Below, in pieces: positions 61,988 through 64,000 of a stretch of DNA of 64,000 nt. Under the pieces are notes generated by a model. That model had not been told where the DNA came from. It saw only the letters and a program-made list of their open reading frames with translations, and did not search any database. The stretch spans positions 24,056,001 to 24,120,000 of the forward strand of contig CM068746.1 of the NCBI GenBank assembly GCA_035084275.1, in the 5' to 3' direction. This stretch comes from Hydrolagus colliei. Its lineage: Eukaryota. A program made the position numbers and the translations under genes. The first letter of the stretch is position 1. Every line of letters starts with the position of its first letter.

Positions 61988-62240
61988 GCATAAACAGAAA
62001 TCACTTGGAACACTCAGCAGATCAAGCAGCATCTATGGAGAAAGAAAATCTTATGAAAGATGATAAGGAAATAATATATCAAATAAAGCATTATTAAAAG
62101 CATAAACAGAAATCGGTTGGAACACTCAGCAGGTCAAGCAGCATCTATGGAGAAAGTCAAACTTTTGGGTCAATGACCCTTCACCAGAACTGGGGCATGT
62201 TGGGAGGGAGAGGCTTTTAAGGACTAATAGTGAGGGAACA
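61988..62240 (-). mobile_element. Penelope-like terminal repeat relic, partly tandem-duplicated, with decayed hammerhead core
   Basis: aaacagaaat..ttggaacactcagcagrtcaagcagcatctatggagaaag occurs twice. Minus strand of 62153-62192 reads cagtt-CTGGTGA-a-gggtcattgaccc-AAAA-gttt-gact. Confidence 0.72.
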
Positions 62241-63033
62241 AGGATTATTAATGCAGTCTCTCTGGTACATTGCCCTGAAAATGTCCCTCAAGTTCATTCC
62301 TTTTGGCTCATTCCTATCGCTGCTCCCCTTATTGGACCAGCGTTCAATTTCGCCTTCTAATATCTCATGTCATTGTCTTCTTGGGGAAAGGAAAGGAGCC
62401 TTTTATATTATCACTCTGGTCTGTAATTGAACTACCAGTAAATTATCTAAGCAAAATCTTTATTTTATCTAATATTTTTTAATTCAAAGAAAGGTGTGTT
62501 TTTTAATCACATCAAAATGTCCTAAAATGCTTCAGTGGTAATTCTTTTCAGGTTTAGTAACTAATACAAATTTCTTACCACAAAAAAAATATTTTTCCAA
62601 TACACACACGTTTTTAAGTATGTATTTTATAATTAGAAACAAAAAGATCATATGTAATTATTTTCAGCATTTCTACAAAGTGTGTTAAGTCACTGAACAT
62701 TAATTTAGCTGGAGCTGAACTGATATTGAATCTCCATTTAATCATCACCTGCAGACACGTTAACCAAGTTATCCACGTTAACCATTCAGGATATCCTCAA
62801 TCTTCTATCAGTTGCGGAAAGTTACTAGGAAACTGAAAGATCTGCAGGTTTCCACCAGTTGTCAGGATAAACTGTGAATACTAGTACGATGGCTACAGGT
62901 TATCAGACAATGTCTAGTAGCTAATATCTGACTCATCAAATACCTCAAACAGTCAAGGACTAAGTAAGATTTATTTAAGATCTTTTCATTGTTGAAGAGA
63001 TGAATCCAGTTATTCCTTAAATACGCAGCACAA

Positions 63034-63357
63034 TGTGGAGCTCCTGTGGCTTAGTGGTTAGAGCACTTGTCTTGCAAGCTGGGGAGATCAAGCTGGGGAG
63101 ACCTGTGTTCGAATCCAGGCAGGTCAGGACGAAACCTTGGGCAAGTTTCCTTACTCCACACGCCTAATAATAATCCATCCCAAAAAAATTTGGTAATTTC
63201 AATCCACAACTGTTTGTGGGACACTGCTGTGCGCAATTGGCTGCGATTCACCCACAAATATACAGTCAATTCACTTTACACTATATTCTGTGAAGCACTT
63301 TGGACGTCGATAAGATGTGAAAAGCGCTATATCAAATGCAAGGATTATTATTATTAA
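63034..63357 (+). mobile_element. SINE family A, full length
   Basis: Head with local duplication (caagctggggaga x2), B box gtgttcgaatcc, tail gtgaaaagcgctatatcaaatgcaaggattattattatt. Confidence 0.9.
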
Positions 63358-64000
63358 AAGCATTTCATAGCATGATAGCAGCAATACAAGCCATTCAGCC
63401 CAACTAGTCCCTGACAGACACAGGCATTCTTTAAACCAAATCTGATATTTATTTCACAACTAACCAAACTAATGTGTGTGACACACTAGTGGTGTAAGGG
63501 CACAGGTCAGTTCCTACTCCTCAGGCAAACTCGTTTTGGTGCCAAACAGCAGAGGGCTACTCTTGCCTACCCTCAACCAACCCCATCATCCCTCTCAAAC
63601 AGGGTCTACAAGAGTGGCCAGGAGGGATGCTTTTCTGGGTGGCACTATTGCCAAAGGCTATTAATATCCCAATAATTGGGGAGGAGGTGGGGGGGGGCAA
63701 GTTTTAAGGAAACCCCATTCCTTGATAGCTGGTGGTGGTATCAAATAGTATCAGGCCAGGCTGTAGTGCTGTACCCAACACTTCACAAATTGACTGACTT
63801 CATGGCCATGTGCATTGGGGGTACTGCTGGAGTCTCACCCACTAAAGCAGTACAGTCTGCCAGTGATAGCCCTGTCTGGCAAGCATTCCTGCTTTTTGAA
63901 GATGATCGAAATCACTGTTAAAAATGCATGCTTTGAGACGGCCTTGAACAAGGGAAAGGGAGTGAGTTTATTGCAAGTAATATTGTTGTAAAGAAAGAAC

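Noticed and set aside
1-64000. CRISPR arrays, operons, prokaryotic defence systems, HMGA2 exons
   Set aside because: The DNA is vertebrate intron/intergenic sequence. No regularly spaced repeat-spacer array, no long ORFs, and no CpG island or AT-hook (PRGRP) coding exon were seen.

Overview
AT-rich vertebrate genomic DNA, not prokaryotic. The repeat content (SacSINE1/Deu-type SINEs, L2 and CR1 3' ends, shark-type Penelope-like termini) points to a cartilaginous fish, possibly a chimaera (inference). The only host protein-coding sequence I can support is the last two coding exons of MSRB3 (methionine-R-sulfoxide reductase B3) on the + strand: 24195-24292 and 26269-26424, ending in KTEL*. Positions 1-24194 are the 3' part of a long MSRB3 intron. 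Everything after ~27.5 kb appears intergenic; in other vertebrates this is the MSRB3-HMGA2 interval. Nearly all ORFs in the supplied track are spurious or LINE/SINE-derived. Most interesting signals: (i) four relics of a Penelope-like terminal repeat, three with a decayed minimal hammerhead-ribozyme core and two with target-site duplications plus an inverted segment; (ii) two short locally templated duplications sitting inside simple-repeat tracts; (iii) a candidate frame-preserving 21-nt MSRB3 microexon and a candidate 201-nt antisense exon; (iv) an unnamed old dispersed repeat family; (v) several repeat-free, motif-dense enhancer candidates. Repeat boundaries were read by eye and are approximate unless a TSD/TIR is quoted. 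Family names come from remembered consensus sequences, not from a database search.
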